Source of the DNA: a virus
Length of the DNA stretch: 64,000 nt
IMG/VR virus record: IMGVR_UViG_3300036770_007134
Span: 7,896-71,895 of that record
Direction: 5' to 3' (one strand)
Under the pieces are notes generated by a model. That model was given only the letters and a program-made list of their open reading frames with translations. It made no database searches and was not told the origin of the DNA. The position numbers and the translations under genes are program-made. This document shows, in pieces, positions 32,901 to 41,763 of the stretch (position 1 is the stretch's first letter; each line of letters starts with the position of its first letter).

Positions 32901-35900
32901 TAGATCTATTGCACCGCTTGGGCCAACATATTCCCTGAGCCAATCTTCTCTATTCTGACCTAGTTCATTTAGCTTGTTATTATTTTCTATAATAAATGTA
33001 GATATTATAGAATTAAAATTAAGTTCCGCGGAATCAGAAGAGCCAAGTGGTGCAGTTAATATATCCAGACTGTCTAGTATCAACTTTCTATATGAAGGCG
33101 AATATGTATTATTTCTAGATATGTCTATTGTTTCAGAAAGACTCAACCCATAGTCGGCTGCCTCCGTTATGTCTATACCAAATTTCGCCAACATCCTTCT
33201 CCATACACTTTCCCCGGCATCCGTGAGCAGTTCTTCTTGTTCGCTCCTAAAGGAGGCTATTGATGGTAGGAATATTTTTGTTTGAGTTTCAGCTGGAACA
33301 AAAAAGCTAATATGCCTTCCATCTTGCCACTCTTTAACTATATTTGTAGTTAAAACATCAAAGTTATTTACTGCTGGTGCACCAACCTCTAATGGGATGT
33401 CTTCTCCGTCCAGCGGTGTTCCAATTTGAGTAACATCAAAATCTAAAGCTTCACCCTGGTCAACTTCTTTTGAATCTGAAGTTTTTAACAAAAAATTCTC
33501 ATTAACATATTTATGAAGATGAGTTGCTGCCTTCCCCATGTATTGGCGATATTTACCCCAGTGGATAGATTGATTAAAGTCAGACAACATTGGCAGGAAT
33601 GGCTTATGGTTAAAATTAAGCAGTTCTAAATCAACTGCCAACGTAAAAGGATAACCAGGAACCGTATTTATAGACATAGAATTTAGACATACTGCGGTTA
33701 TGCCGTGAACTGAGTTTAAATAATGGTTTTTTATTGGTAATATTGGAGAATACCTAAAAGCTGCAACAAGGCCTCTTAAAGAAGATAAGAATTTATCAAT
33801 AACTTTTTCGTCACTACCACCTGCCTTAAAGTCTATCTTCATATCCTCATTTAGACTTATAGACGTTCCAGAATCTAAACTTATTCCCCATATTTCTTGA
33901 TAATTAGGGAAAAATAACCTTAACCTTACTGACGTCTCTTTGTGTCCAGAGTTAAATTTAGGAGTATTTTTTTGCCTAAGAGCTCCACCTGTTAAGCTGC
34001 CGGTTTTGAAAGATGTATTTATATCTATTGAGATAGGTGGAACATAAAAATTAGCTGCACCGAGTCTTAAATGAAAAATATCAGGAGACTCAGGATGTAT
34101 ATTTGACCTATAAGGTGAGCTGTCTAATACATTCTTTATTCTTCTAGCTGTATTATCAAGCTTATGAGCTAACTCAAAGACTTGTTGACCATTCTCTCCA
34201 ATCCCAAATGCTTTTTCTAAAGTATCTATATAATTAGCTTCAGCGGTTGCTTGATCACCATATTGATTAGTTATAGCAATTGCGTCAATTAATAAAGTTG
34301 TGAGACTTGGAATATAATAAGAGATTACAGTAAAAGCTATAGGGTCACTCTTTATCTTAGCAACTGCTGCTGATAGTGACTCAAGCCAATATATATCTTC
34401 AGCGGGATTGAGAAAACTATCAGCTGGAGCATTTAATGCGCCTATACTTGTCAGTCTTCTTTGAGCAAAAAGTGATATATCGTAGGCGTAGGATGCTAAC
34501 TCCAAAAGGCCGCTAGATATAAGCCTGTCATAAATTACATCTATACCATTATTTTCAAGTTGACTTAGTCCTTCTGTGTTTACCGAAGAAAATGCCCTAA
34601 TAAATGAGTCAAATCTCTTCTGTTCAATATCTTCATCTCCAAAAGCTGTCAAAACAAGCCCTCGAACAGATCTTGTATCCGCTCCTTCCCAAGCAGATCC
34701 GGCAGATGAGCCCGCACCGATACCCAAGGCCTGAGAAAGAGCCGATGCCGCAGAGTTAACGTCAACATACTCGCTAGAAACACCTGGATTTGAATAATCA
34801 AAATAATCACGACCTGAGTCGCCCAAAGTGGCAACAGTTATTTCTTCCGTTACCAGCCTTTCTTCTTCTATCAGGGCATCATAGTCTAGCAATGATGAGG
34901 CTAAAATTGCGGCCAACTCACTTCTAAAGATTACATCAACAAGATCTTCAAGACCAAGATTTTCATACTCATCAATAACTGCCAGAATTCTTTCTTCGAC
35001 TCTTTGGGTTATTTGCAGTATATAAAAACCACTTTTTTCATCTAACTTTTGAATATATTCATCATATTCAATTGCAGAAGAATTATACTGCAAATATATG
35101 CTTACAATGTCGGTCGAATAGTCTTGTAGAATATCCTCATAAGAAACATTCAGTGTTTCATATAACGAAGATAAAATTATTGTCTTTATTGGCTGCTCAC
35201 CAGGAAAGGCGTCTACGTATTCTGTGACATTTGCGCTAATTACTTCAGCTATATCGTTATTGAGCTCAGTAATAACTTGATTAATGTTGGATGCAATTAT
35301 TTCCTGATTTTGATCTGCAAACTGTTCTGCCGTTAGTCTTATCTGACTTTTGGCTAAATCTATTAAATTAGGAACCTGAGTTTTAACTATTGTCTCAAGC
35401 TGAGTTCTGGCTATTTGTGCGCCTTTGCTTCTGTAATCTAATATTATTCTTTCTATATCATGGTTAAAAAATTTGGATACGTCGCTAGACGCATCCAAAA
35501 AAAATGTAGAAAGACTAGAAATAGTATCATATACAGATATGCTTTTGTTAACTGCTGCTTCTATCTCTTCTTTAATTCTTTTTACCGTAGATTCGCCACT
35601 CCAAACTTCTAATCTTTCATTTGCGATCTTTGCGGCGGTTAGGGGGACCTCATCAATGTATATATCGTTTTCCCATAAATGTTGCCGCATTTGCTCCGGA
35701 AGACCAAAGCCTTGATTACCATACCCACTTTCGAGTAGTGCGTTTTGATAGTTGTCATAAGCTATTTGGTTTGATGAAGTATATTGACCGGTTACAAATA
35801 CAGACAAACATAAATCCATAGCAAGCGTAGAAAATTTATCTTGCTCATCTGAGTAGTAGTATATTATATGTTTTCCGGGAACATTTGGAACATTGCTAAG

Positions 35901-36044
35901 ATATTGCCCATTAATAGTTCCATCTTTAAGAAACTCTTTAATATTTTCTTCAGAATCACCATTAAGAACAGAAACAACCCTGGGGTAATCTGAAGAAACA
36001 ACTATAGCCTCTAGATATGTTATAGCTTCACTATTTGTGGTCAT
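23964..36044 (-). CDS. Giant baseplate hub (gp27/VgrG-like) protein with C-terminal staphylococcal-nuclease-like domain
   Basis: 4026 aa; hub motifs LKPGVRVHIRAGYG...LFNGVITEV and GELVVVGNADIRPHD...FEVEQVVHHFT; C-terminal DGDT, IRFDGIDTSE, DKFDR, SLNWELV. Confidence 0.8.
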   Translation of the reverse strand: MTTNSEAITYLEAIVVSSDYPRVVSVLNGDSEENIKEFLKDGTINGQYLSNVPNVPGKHIIYYYSDEQDKFSTLAMDLCLSVFVTGQYTSSNQIAYDNYQNALLESGYGNQGFGLPEQMRQHLWENDIYIDEVPLTAAKIANERLEVWSGESTVKRIKEEIEAAVNKSISVYDTISSLSTFFLDASSDVSKFFNHDIERIILDYRSKGAQIARTQLETIVKTQVPNLIDLAKSQIRLTAEQFADQNQEIIASNINQVITELNNDIAEVISANVTEYVDAFPGEQPIKTIILSSLYETLNVSYEDILQDYSTDIVSIYLQYNSSAIEYDEYIQKLDEKSGFYILQITQRVEERILAVIDEYENLGLEDLVDVIFRSELAAILASSLLDYDALIEEERLVTEEITVATLGDSGRDYFDYSNPGVSSEYVDVNSAASALSQALGIGAGSSAGSAWEGADTRSVRGLVLTAFGDEDIEQKRFDSFIRAFSSVNTEGLSQLENNGIDVIYDRLISSGLLELASYAYDISLFAQRRLTSIGALNAPADSFLNPAEDIYWLESLSAAVAKIKSDPIAFTVISYYIPSLTTLLIDAIAITNQYGDQATAEANYIDTLEKAFGIGENGQQVFELAHKLDNTARRIKNVLDSSPYRSNIHPESPDIFHLRLGAANFYVPPISIDINTSFKTGSLTGGALRQKNTPKFNSGHKETSVRLRLFFPNYQEIWGISLDSGTSISLNEDMKIDFKAGGSDEKVIDKFLSSLRGLVAAFRYSPILPIKNHYLNSVHGITAVCLNSMSINTVPGYPFTLAVDLELLNFNHKPFLPMLSDFNQSIHWGKYRQYMGKAATHLHKYVNENFLLKTSDSKEVDQGEALDFDVTQIGTPLDGEDIPLEVGAPAVNNFDVLTTNIVKEWQDGRHISFFVPAETQTKIFLPSIASFRSEQEELLTDAGESVWRRMLAKFGIDITEAADYGLSLSETIDISRNNTYSPSYRKLILDSLDILTAPLGSSDSAELNFNSIISTFIIENNNKLNELGQNREDWLREYVGPSGAIDLTQYQDPGPWRFQNKVLLNSDGDNMTLDQCKDLLYRISLNPSSFLEYLTNQKISEIQDRTGTAPDQQSVKDQITSAFNGVLYERFFQSGPIQAFLDAQRARNASYQFNEWEVPMIEVAFDENSVIVESINVSMSNNFAKLQVQLMDEPTYQHIGGGDSFVSISMIVIGSGNDEKELKKLKRMFDHLSGLARLEHSAGVLGFMGIKNIITALSGIKYVLPMSFNVSTVPNQPHVYRVDMTLSDFDIFQQKRENLSSSQQKEMIEHFSSKRNPFLRIKQLWGSFNAYPDFPLSVQNSQGEIVGNLDPDFYFRSFETYDQDIINNMSQQREYLSQTPVTTPSAGDIINNEIALAKIEFDFIQYARRFSTNSNNQPLYEEIREYVKDLEISREELLYVLNEKVALKQTQGLSSDDKGQFISEFINFADNVSEDSIFLEASASRYRIGDHILSGERVSKQIESALAGEYSLQSENYVSFDPDDVEFHKVIVSIPTGNRDEIESGLTPSMLMTAIGNYYGYIDSKNGRFYLSNGEGGDLVQKSDLSDGSSGGLLLRPNPIEDVQTPDNGNTRVNSGVPGAKAISEYQNAYDTDVYTHWEGMLKDTQYRDNTGRMIRAFPTYMLWLIDEGGNFAGMKLFDNFYGLQSIIDFSIVSSEDIMADTLVFRLSNLYSKLTTNAAEEMFNSYLDGINQTLPLNAGIEMSIDRVLNLSRNISGHMRNDYVVDINNIRLKPGVRVHIRAGYGANPNSLQTLFNGVITEVEQGDIVTVTAQSDAVELSGMINSTNKKGDSGKIDGGLDTGFWMSEPRDLMVRLLSMGAGRVRENIARATRGTVFSENRFGIRHFGTILYEPLTRQERDKQEAMYSAISSAFSGVGTGRIGGSQISDLSKGAGIRGAVTTVLAGHSLPTAGAYGAYQSYSAYSSFKNSTGIGVTDIVTSLLGMSSNETDLELFKRNIYPGNGTGIAQFLGGDLDDGWGTLASVSPVDNFGISGSSATSMLTDTAWNKLLIQTQKNNPSASATLDNLTVDYTLNSSLKDDVASGIVGGLISTAFGGPMSPLVGFGLGGVLRGRGGRNLFRTMGIISQNEDDDLPGADEVSFRAQTYMRTVWDMFDTCARLLPNYIVAVRPFEDRSTIFYGKPHWLYTSGVIPVTTGYPGDDKARELGVLEDIPKIKSPNYEIGEILTQINKSTNRYSDYSAFLDMAELSDSYKKIGEDIQNSSGIYRPTSELSGKILNFGSPSSMMYFDILNEQVISKLPVSRGTVQVGYHLPIDYEEKETIIDFDRMVSRHAQITNLPPRYSFPYFVDTIGISGISELKNSSSITVDSDDTRLFEILKEVEKDFFKDNEQYSLFDRESDPGGFIENVFDDVIGGGVSGITGAVDWSIDKITDVTTGALSIASFDWLIGDVPILGDITQGINYALDIVESIFDQQGDTINLSGEIIDSTVSILGEGLQRAYDGKWDYREGFKELVILDKYIDFSSAMLNAQRKILDEQVQIPVFTAMPIPTTQVDFTEASSFNSSSIDFTNLRLFNSYAKDWPAVKDALREQFYIAMKWPYTPTAPPDTIEDFKNKYHPNGELYGSAKDYRNRKVLVFNPSTGRAVVCAPAYFLWGENEHDAVVSPDAAYYLGIITESESEGIGGFRDSPSPQDCLMAFVPDDTSLGVIAPQNSPILSFSEISSNQEIVTNPTLVGFGAFQPLSGDVLLAEKNDNGINVMVGGTPLYVGVLNNSLEAYIPYQTAISPSYSRILYGGNPIIDGETYFNIVVNNTNIDKLYDIDTSTDEDNRSTLSAVYDQADVISIQARSFYDEDFDPSVSVIAGSGRTKEEAQRIWNQFRSGYHTYDSVKKIFEEVYGMDPDSDDELPAYLRRALSTDPSDPVISNFGADDGTALDEFSLLLGQDYVDNLEGRPGTTSAQTASQELADAIEFARANFIDAPSDDGGLIASLNNLVNSKLASIREIFLSNSAIKSLIQVEYERVLSEIVEENPETNLTAPDADGNIPQGDPSNFRNGRAPFDVDAEIENIMQRIRTPKQLFLFMVGSFRQRLWEDPYSRAWLVLRPDFKVFNSGSFGPGAVISASMGGALGALATGNNNIFGSGDEWSFKPVDAVFRVYISPYGDYAKPSNKDKFLSLLASTASEGNSSTNPITWAWSKGTSAIEAAWNNTVGPIFSSVADGLGLLLNQFKLSMSQLGYAIGESSAFRRQSNILNKALNDSIYYSLGTDGSMLRKVDNPFTREYGEPVVEVREPFQRIHYVNSFSHILSNRIQETISDVPTVITAVSDGKYPVTVALDKGAPSERQVEKTIETGIFFDNAIGEGVLAVIHPIMHPLQTIRGFTKAATGVPDEISAKRIALSHLRDSIKDIYGGELVVVGNADIRPHDLVYLADVYERMYGIFEVEQVVHHFTPDLGFITSITPNALVTVNDPVRWSLISSVGSLMSKQVLRNDTRIMLDQLRSANSGVSVGGNVSMDALSEMLSPQLVGGIQYTHGSSALVKDLMSLEVAKSAPDTSRALQEMMSTQGRKYDLFALMASSVSGTALGTASAILAPVTGGGSLAVGAVVGGIASKVAWSGWRYIRDNLIDQHGCYIQYLNKNGQPMDAGLSYNQGMVVGSYHSKAILPGILGTRVKMRTPEGNAYVRTDDLFKSMGWQETQIEDFVRYASYQNAMVHSEVLKLSGLGPDKAGLEPSFKVVVKCLDVKDGDTIEVQDVISGNQFTIRFDGIDTSELNVINGRILIPGSSESANLSINDLSTSAGQAKFFVERALKNKIFVLRVNETRSSGSSSSSAILNQDYEAGNSQNDPTNYQTDKFDRIIGTIFYRLPDENIDSHKSYVNELLRSHINEPNYMQIVKNDMKLDIDDGSPFFVFFDKILDSIQSSNIPNYYTIDPSSGDSISGLSQNEQGLYSALVRFKSIEEIYSLIARWPYVSWDEYFSDGTPYSLNWELVVNNLAKVFVKDIQTESESVLTSSETVPTLTRIGN

Positions 36045-36049
36045 TTACT

Positions 36050-36499
36050 TCACCTAAAACTCATATTACTTTTAACTATTCCGTTAATCAAATCGCTAGA
36101 AGATTTTTCCCTACTCATTCCACTATAGTTATCTATTATACTATAGTTTTTACTATTTTTAAAATTTAAACTTTTTAAATCTGAATCAACTTTTGGAAGT
36201 CTGTTTAAATCATAATATTCTTTATTATATCTTTTTGTTTGTAAATTTTTACTACCATAATTTGAATTATTTAATTCAATATGATTTGAATTAGGATTAT
36301 TTAAACCAGCCAGTGAACCACGTATAGTTTTAGATCCTCTTCTTTGTGAATCTCCACTGCCTGTAATAGGCTTCCTTTGGCCTCCATTGGTTATAACTCT
36401 TGCAGAATACTTATCCGCTCTAGCTTTCCTTGGTGAAGTGTCTTTTCGAGCACTGGCCGATGCAGATAAACTAGAATTACTAGAAGAACCGTAGCGCAT
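36050..36499 (-). CDS. Small highly basic low-complexity protein (hypothetical)
   Basis: 149-aa ATG ORF that fills the gap between two giant genes; rich in K/R/S/N. Confidence 0.6.
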   Translation of the reverse strand: MRYGSSSNSSLSASASARKDTSPRKARADKYSARVITNGGQRKPITGSGDSQRRGSKTIRGSLAGLNNPNSNHIELNNSNYGSKNLQTKRYNKEYYDLNRLPKVDSDLKSLNFKNSKNYSIIDNYSGMSREKSSSDLINGIVKSNMSFR

Positions 36500-36510
36500 T
36501 TATACCAACC

Positions 36511-39500
36511 TTAGTATCTTTGACCCATTTCAGAATATGGATCACGCCTTGATCTCGGCAGATTGTTATATATAGTAGTGGAAGTATTTCCATTAGTTAA
36601 GGCGGCTGCCCGCTCATTAAACTCTCTAATTTTCTGCTGATTTCCATTAACTGATATATTATAAGACATTGAAGAATTATAAGAGCCCATGTCAACATTA
36701 GGTATAGATGGATTTCTTATTGGATACTCCTCATATGCTGACCCACCAGGTAGAAGTGGTGGCCCCTGTACATCTTCTGGAGTCCTATCGGTAAAGGACT
36801 GATATAAAAAACTTCCAGCAACTAGTGCGCCTATTCCTACTGCTGTTTTTCTTATCAACTTATTTCTAAATAAGTCCTGAAAATCTCCATCATCCAATTT
36901 CTTTTTAAACTTTTTATAATTAGAAGATGCGACAGATGCCTGTGTTACACCTTCTGAAGCTTCGTCAATTTTTCTTGCAGCTCTTCTACTTATTACCGTG
37001 TCTGCAGATGGATCAGCTGGAAAATTTGCGCCGGTTGGAGGAAGTCTACGTAAAGCCAGAGATGCCCTATAGGCTTGTGCTATGACCCTATTTTCCGGTG
37101 TTGAATCAGAACTATCTACAAAAGCTTTCAACTGCTCAAAGGCCTCTTCATTGTATACTCTTAAAAGCTTTTTTATTAGACGGGCTCTACCTTTCTCAAC
37201 TATAGTTTGTTTTCTGCCAGATTTTGCCAAATGCCCAGCCTGTCTAAAAGTTTCATAATCATCAATCATACGCCTTGCATACTTTTCTATATCCTCATCA
37301 GATGAAAAACCTTGAGAAACCTCGTACAATGCTTGTGACTGACTTAAGGGATCTATAAATTTTGCATTCAGGTTGGGATTTGCACTGCCCACCCTATATT
37401 TTAAACTACTTAAACTTTCATACTGAACTGAACGCGCTATCATTTGCTCTAAAACTGAAAAATCTGCAGTATTAGTCGCAAACGTAAGCTGTCTAAATGC
37501 TCTAGCGTCTTCCAAGGATCTAATCAAATCTGATATACGATCCCCTGGATCATCAGTCATTACCGTTGCAAGGTCTAAAATATCTACACCTGCTGCAAAT
37601 CCTGCCCTGTCTAGCTCATTTGTTAAATCTAAAATATTAACACCATGCTGATCGATAGCATAAGCTATTGAATGGTATAAGCTTTCTGAAACATTTAATT
37701 TTGACATCTCTCTAAAGATAGCATCTGAATTTTCTCCCACTTTTGAATCAGCCAAACCTCTAACTCTATCAAGCATGTTTTTATGTTCTTGTATTATACT
37801 CTCTGCTATTCTTTCCGTTTTTGAATTAGAAGAAACATAACTCAATGACATATCTGCAATACTGCCAGTAGCACCAGAGGATTGCCTAGCCATAGTCTCT
37901 GCCAATCTCCTATTAGAATAAACTGCTGCATGTTTTCCTTCTTTTATCCCAAACTTTTCAATAAACATTTCTCTCTGACGAGCAATTATGTTTTCATCTC
38001 GATCAGAAGATGACAGTCCTATTATTTCTTCTAGATCTCTAATTACTTCAGTGGTGTTAGCCCCTGCTCTATTGGGCAGGCTGTCTTGAAATAGTTTGGC
38101 CCCGGTTAACATTTCTTCCATTAATATACTTAAGTCTTTATCACTTAACCTAGGGCTAGAACCAACCCCAGACATGAGCATGCCAGCATCGATTTTAATT
38201 CTATCTGAACCGACTCCTGATACGGCGCCCATTAATCTGCCTATTTGACGAATTAAAAGTTCTCCTCGGTCATCAGAACCAAGCCCTTTAAGTATTAAAT
38301 CTTCCGGAACTACTGAACCAGTACCCCCACCAAGAAATGGCTCATACAATTGCTCTATGGCGCGAATAGCTCCTTGACTTGTAGCGGCAGATTGCGCTGA
38401 TGTTGAAATTGCTTTTGCAGTTCTACCCATAAGAACTGCTGCGTCAATCGCTTCTTCCTGCCCTGCGTAGCGCAGCTTAAAATGATCTCCAAAAAAATTT
38501 TGTAATTCTGAATCACCTTTTATAGCCCCTACAAGCTCTTCAACCTGCCCAAGAGCATTGCCTGCGATCATACTCCTATTAACGTATTGGCCCAGTATTT
38601 CGCCACCCTTTTGCGAGTCTAGCAACGTCTGCGTCTTAAAAGCTGAATCTAAAGCGATCTCCATCATTTTTTTCGCAGAAGCTGATGCCCCTGAATATAT
38701 TGACTGTATTTCCTTTTGAAAACCTATAAAGATTGAATCCGGATCTAAACCGGACAACTTCTTAGTTTCAACAAAAGAAGATAAACTAGAGTAAATTGAC
38801 CTTAACTCATTGTCGTCAGTAAACCCACTTAAGGACTCTAATAAGGGTTCTGTCATATCTCCAGCCCCGGCATTAAACATGGCTCTCTGCACAAAAAACG
38901 AAGCAAATTCTGGATTACTTCTATTCAGCATATTTACATCAAGAGTTGAACCACCTCTCTGAATTAAGGTCATCGCGTCTTGGCTTAAAGTTGGCCCACC
39001 ATACAAATTTGCCAAAAGATTTTCCACATGCTCACCAACTGTACCACTTGTATTCAAAGACTGCAACATTTGGAGTCTAGTCGTAGAAATCCTATTTTTT
39101 ACATCAGGATTACTGCTTTCCAGAAGTCCTAAAATATTACGATTTTCAGAAATCTGTCTAGTAGTTCTATTTCTATTTAAAAGAAACAAATCTTCTATAG
39201 CCTGAAATATAGTTTCTGCTTCTTGATCAGAATAGCTAATCCCTGAAAGTGCACTTAATCTACTAACTCGTTCAGTGCCTTGCATATTCATCATTTCAAC
39301 GATTTGATCCATGATATCTTTTCTTTTGCCAAATATAGAGTTAGCCGAATGAGAATCTAAAACGGCTTTCCCAAACATAACTTCTTCAATACCACTAGGC
39401 TGTCTTGACATTAGGAAACCAAAAGACTTCATATTGTTAACATTTTCATACGAAGCGTAATGTATTAAAGTTTTATCATCAAGGTCGAATCCACCCAAAA

Positions 39501-41763
39501 CATGATGAAACTTTTGAATATCTTGTGATGCAAAAAGTAACCCGTGGCCTTTTAGTCTAAAATTAACGACTTCAGCCGACTGACCACTTGCTATCTCAAT
39601 TCTAGTTCTAGTAGGAATACTGGAACTAGAATTACCTCCAAATAAAAGCTCTCCATCTGTGAAAATTTCGGAGCTAGCTTCGGAAAGTGCAGAAAAGCGA
39701 TATGAACCCGGCATAGCAACTTGCAAAACTCCATCTTCAGTCCTAAAGGCATTAACTTGCATGTAATTATGTACAAAATTTACAAGCTGTGGAGCACTTC
39801 TAACGTCTATACCACTCCTGTACAAGTCAAGAAGCCTCTGTGCATATTGCCTATTTCTTCTAGCTGAATCTCTTGCGTAGGTGGGTAATATATCTATATC
39901 CCTACTAGCTTCATGCTTTAGCGCAGAAATAAGCTCATTCGGAAGTGCGCCAGTTTCATCAAAACTTTTAATTTGAGCCTGAACATCTCTAAATCTTCTT
40001 AACATAAAATCTTCTGAGTCTCCACTTTGAAGATATGGACCGATAAAAGCGCCGGTTGGATCGTCTAGGTATACTATTCCACGAGATCTACCAAGTCCGC
40101 TCAAATTCAACCCTTCGACATCGCCTGTTATAGACATTTCAGGCTTTAAATCCGCTGTGCTTACAACGGCAACATAACCAGCTTGCCTCATTTCTGCATT
40201 TAAAGCGAATGGTATCGTTGAAGATTTTATTTGATATTCTTTACCTCCATAGGTTATACCTGCTCTAATTGTGTGCTGTTCAGGATTCGATTCGAGTGCA
40301 TATCCTATGGAAGTTTTTTGATTCATTAAATTTCTTATTCTTTCTTGGGCAGCTTTTTTTTGATCTGGGGACATAGTTGGCAGGCTTCTCTCTAAATCTA
40401 CAATCTCTGCAGAAATATTTTCGTCTAACCTTTCATAAAAAAGACTATCCCATACGGAAAAACCATCAAATGCTTTAGTATTTCTGTCAAACATACCAAA
40501 AATATAATCTTTCATTATCTCTGTTATGCTTTCATCGTAACCGAATTGTGTTATTCTATCTTCTATTTTCTGCCTAAGCATTTCGCCTGTAATGTGAGCG
40601 CCTTGACCAGCCTCTGTAAAAAGTTCTCTAAAACTATCTTGAATTATCCTACTCATTCTATCATTTGATTCATCAACGAAAGTTCTCACAAGAGGTTGAC
40701 GTTTTTGCTTACCGCCCTTACGACCACCAGGAAGTCTTCTTTTTTCAAACCTGCCAAATGCTGATGAATTTCTTTGAGTTTGATCAATTAAGCCTTCTGC
40801 CAACGCTTCATCTAAATAACTTGTAAAATCTTGGAAAATAGATGCTGTATTTAAACCTTTTTCATTCAAAATATCAACCATAAACTGGTCTAATATTCCA
40901 GCGTTTATGGCGTCTGATTCCATGCCAAACTGTCTCGCAAACAAATACAAATTTTCATCGAAAATATACACAGATTGCTGCAGGGTCCTACCATCAAGGG
41001 CTTCACTTAAGATATCTCCTGATAATGAAACATCCCGGGGGGCCATAACACCTCTGAGTCTTTTGGGTACTTTCTGTAAAGACTTTAAAAGAGTGCCACT
41101 TTCTAAAGCTCCGCCTTGACCAAATATCTCATCAGCAGCAACTGTCCCATGTCCAGCTAGCCTAAACAATGACTCTATCTGAAGCTGGTTCAATTTAATA
41201 CCACTATCAGTTTGGATCTGAATTAATCGCGCACCTTCATCGTCAAAAACTGGAGACCCTGATAACTCTCCACTCATTAAAACGTCTGCAATTTTTCGTG
41301 CATCTGCTTTTTTATTTCTCTGATTTTCACTGACTCTAAGAGTAACTAAAGAAGAACTAAAATATCCACCCATGATTTCATCTATAGCCTGAGATTCAAG
41401 CCCTGCGGCCCTGAGTATTCTCTTTTCGTTTCCCGTAAATGTACCAGCTCTTTGTTGTACGGATCCCATAATTTCCGACAAATAAGCCATATTGTCACCA
41501 TGTCTAGCTTGATTGGTCAGTGAAAAAAATTCAGTTAAATAGAGCTTATCAGACCTACTTTGCGCCTCGACTAAATTGGTAAAAATTTCACCTGTTGCAT
41601 TTAATCTAAAACCGAAGCTTCCGTCTGGATTATCTACTATCGATATTAAATTACCTTGCCCATATCTAGTCTTAGAAAGAACAGACTCCGCGCCAACACG
41701 AGCACGTGACGCCATGTTGAAAAACATATTTACAAAAAAATTATAATCAATATTTTCTGCCAT
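36511..41763 (-). CDS. Large virion protein with a two-barrel (DPBB) RNA polymerase-like core; putative virion RNAP
   Basis: 1750 aa; TAATG-coupled to the upstream gene; ordered motifs AFDGFS, TIR...IKS, STADLK, MPGSYRF, LGGFDLDD, SRQP, LGQYVN, EAIDA; C-terminal hydrophobic helix. The CDS is certain, the function is inferred. Confidence 0.6.
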   Translation of the reverse strand: MAENIDYNFFVNMFFNMASRARVGAESVLSKTRYGQGNLISIVDNPDGSFGFRLNATGEIFTNLVEAQSRSDKLYLTEFFSLTNQARHGDNMAYLSEIMGSVQQRAGTFTGNEKRILRAAGLESQAIDEIMGGYFSSSLVTLRVSENQRNKKADARKIADVLMSGELSGSPVFDDEGARLIQIQTDSGIKLNQLQIESLFRLAGHGTVAADEIFGQGGALESGTLLKSLQKVPKRLRGVMAPRDVSLSGDILSEALDGRTLQQSVYIFDENLYLFARQFGMESDAINAGILDQFMVDILNEKGLNTASIFQDFTSYLDEALAEGLIDQTQRNSSAFGRFEKRRLPGGRKGGKQKRQPLVRTFVDESNDRMSRIIQDSFRELFTEAGQGAHITGEMLRQKIEDRITQFGYDESITEIMKDYIFGMFDRNTKAFDGFSVWDSLFYERLDENISAEIVDLERSLPTMSPDQKKAAQERIRNLMNQKTSIGYALESNPEQHTIRAGITYGGKEYQIKSSTIPFALNAEMRQAGYVAVVSTADLKPEMSITGDVEGLNLSGLGRSRGIVYLDDPTGAFIGPYLQSGDSEDFMLRRFRDVQAQIKSFDETGALPNELISALKHEASRDIDILPTYARDSARRNRQYAQRLLDLYRSGIDVRSAPQLVNFVHNYMQVNAFRTEDGVLQVAMPGSYRFSALSEASSEIFTDGELLFGGNSSSSIPTRTRIEIASGQSAEVVNFRLKGHGLLFASQDIQKFHHVLGGFDLDDKTLIHYASYENVNNMKSFGFLMSRQPSGIEEVMFGKAVLDSHSANSIFGKRKDIMDQIVEMMNMQGTERVSRLSALSGISYSDQEAETIFQAIEDLFLLNRNRTTRQISENRNILGLLESSNPDVKNRISTTRLQMLQSLNTSGTVGEHVENLLANLYGGPTLSQDAMTLIQRGGSTLDVNMLNRSNPEFASFFVQRAMFNAGAGDMTEPLLESLSGFTDDNELRSIYSSLSSFVETKKLSGLDPDSIFIGFQKEIQSIYSGASASAKKMMEIALDSAFKTQTLLDSQKGGEILGQYVNRSMIAGNALGQVEELVGAIKGDSELQNFFGDHFKLRYAGQEEAIDAAVLMGRTAKAISTSAQSAATSQGAIRAIEQLYEPFLGGGTGSVVPEDLILKGLGSDDRGELLIRQIGRLMGAVSGVGSDRIKIDAGMLMSGVGSSPRLSDKDLSILMEEMLTGAKLFQDSLPNRAGANTTEVIRDLEEIIGLSSSDRDENIIARQREMFIEKFGIKEGKHAAVYSNRRLAETMARQSSGATGSIADMSLSYVSSNSKTERIAESIIQEHKNMLDRVRGLADSKVGENSDAIFREMSKLNVSESLYHSIAYAIDQHGVNILDLTNELDRAGFAAGVDILDLATVMTDDPGDRISDLIRSLEDARAFRQLTFATNTADFSVLEQMIARSVQYESLSSLKYRVGSANPNLNAKFIDPLSQSQALYEVSQGFSSDEDIEKYARRMIDDYETFRQAGHLAKSGRKQTIVEKGRARLIKKLLRVYNEEAFEQLKAFVDSSDSTPENRVIAQAYRASLALRRLPPTGANFPADPSADTVISRRAARKIDEASEGVTQASVASSNYKKFKKKLDDGDFQDLFRNKLIRKTAVGIGALVAGSFLYQSFTDRTPEDVQGPPLLPGGSAYEEYPIRNPSIPNVDMGSYNSSMSYNISVNGNQQKIREFNERAAALTNGNTSTTIYNNLPRSRRDPYSEMGQRY

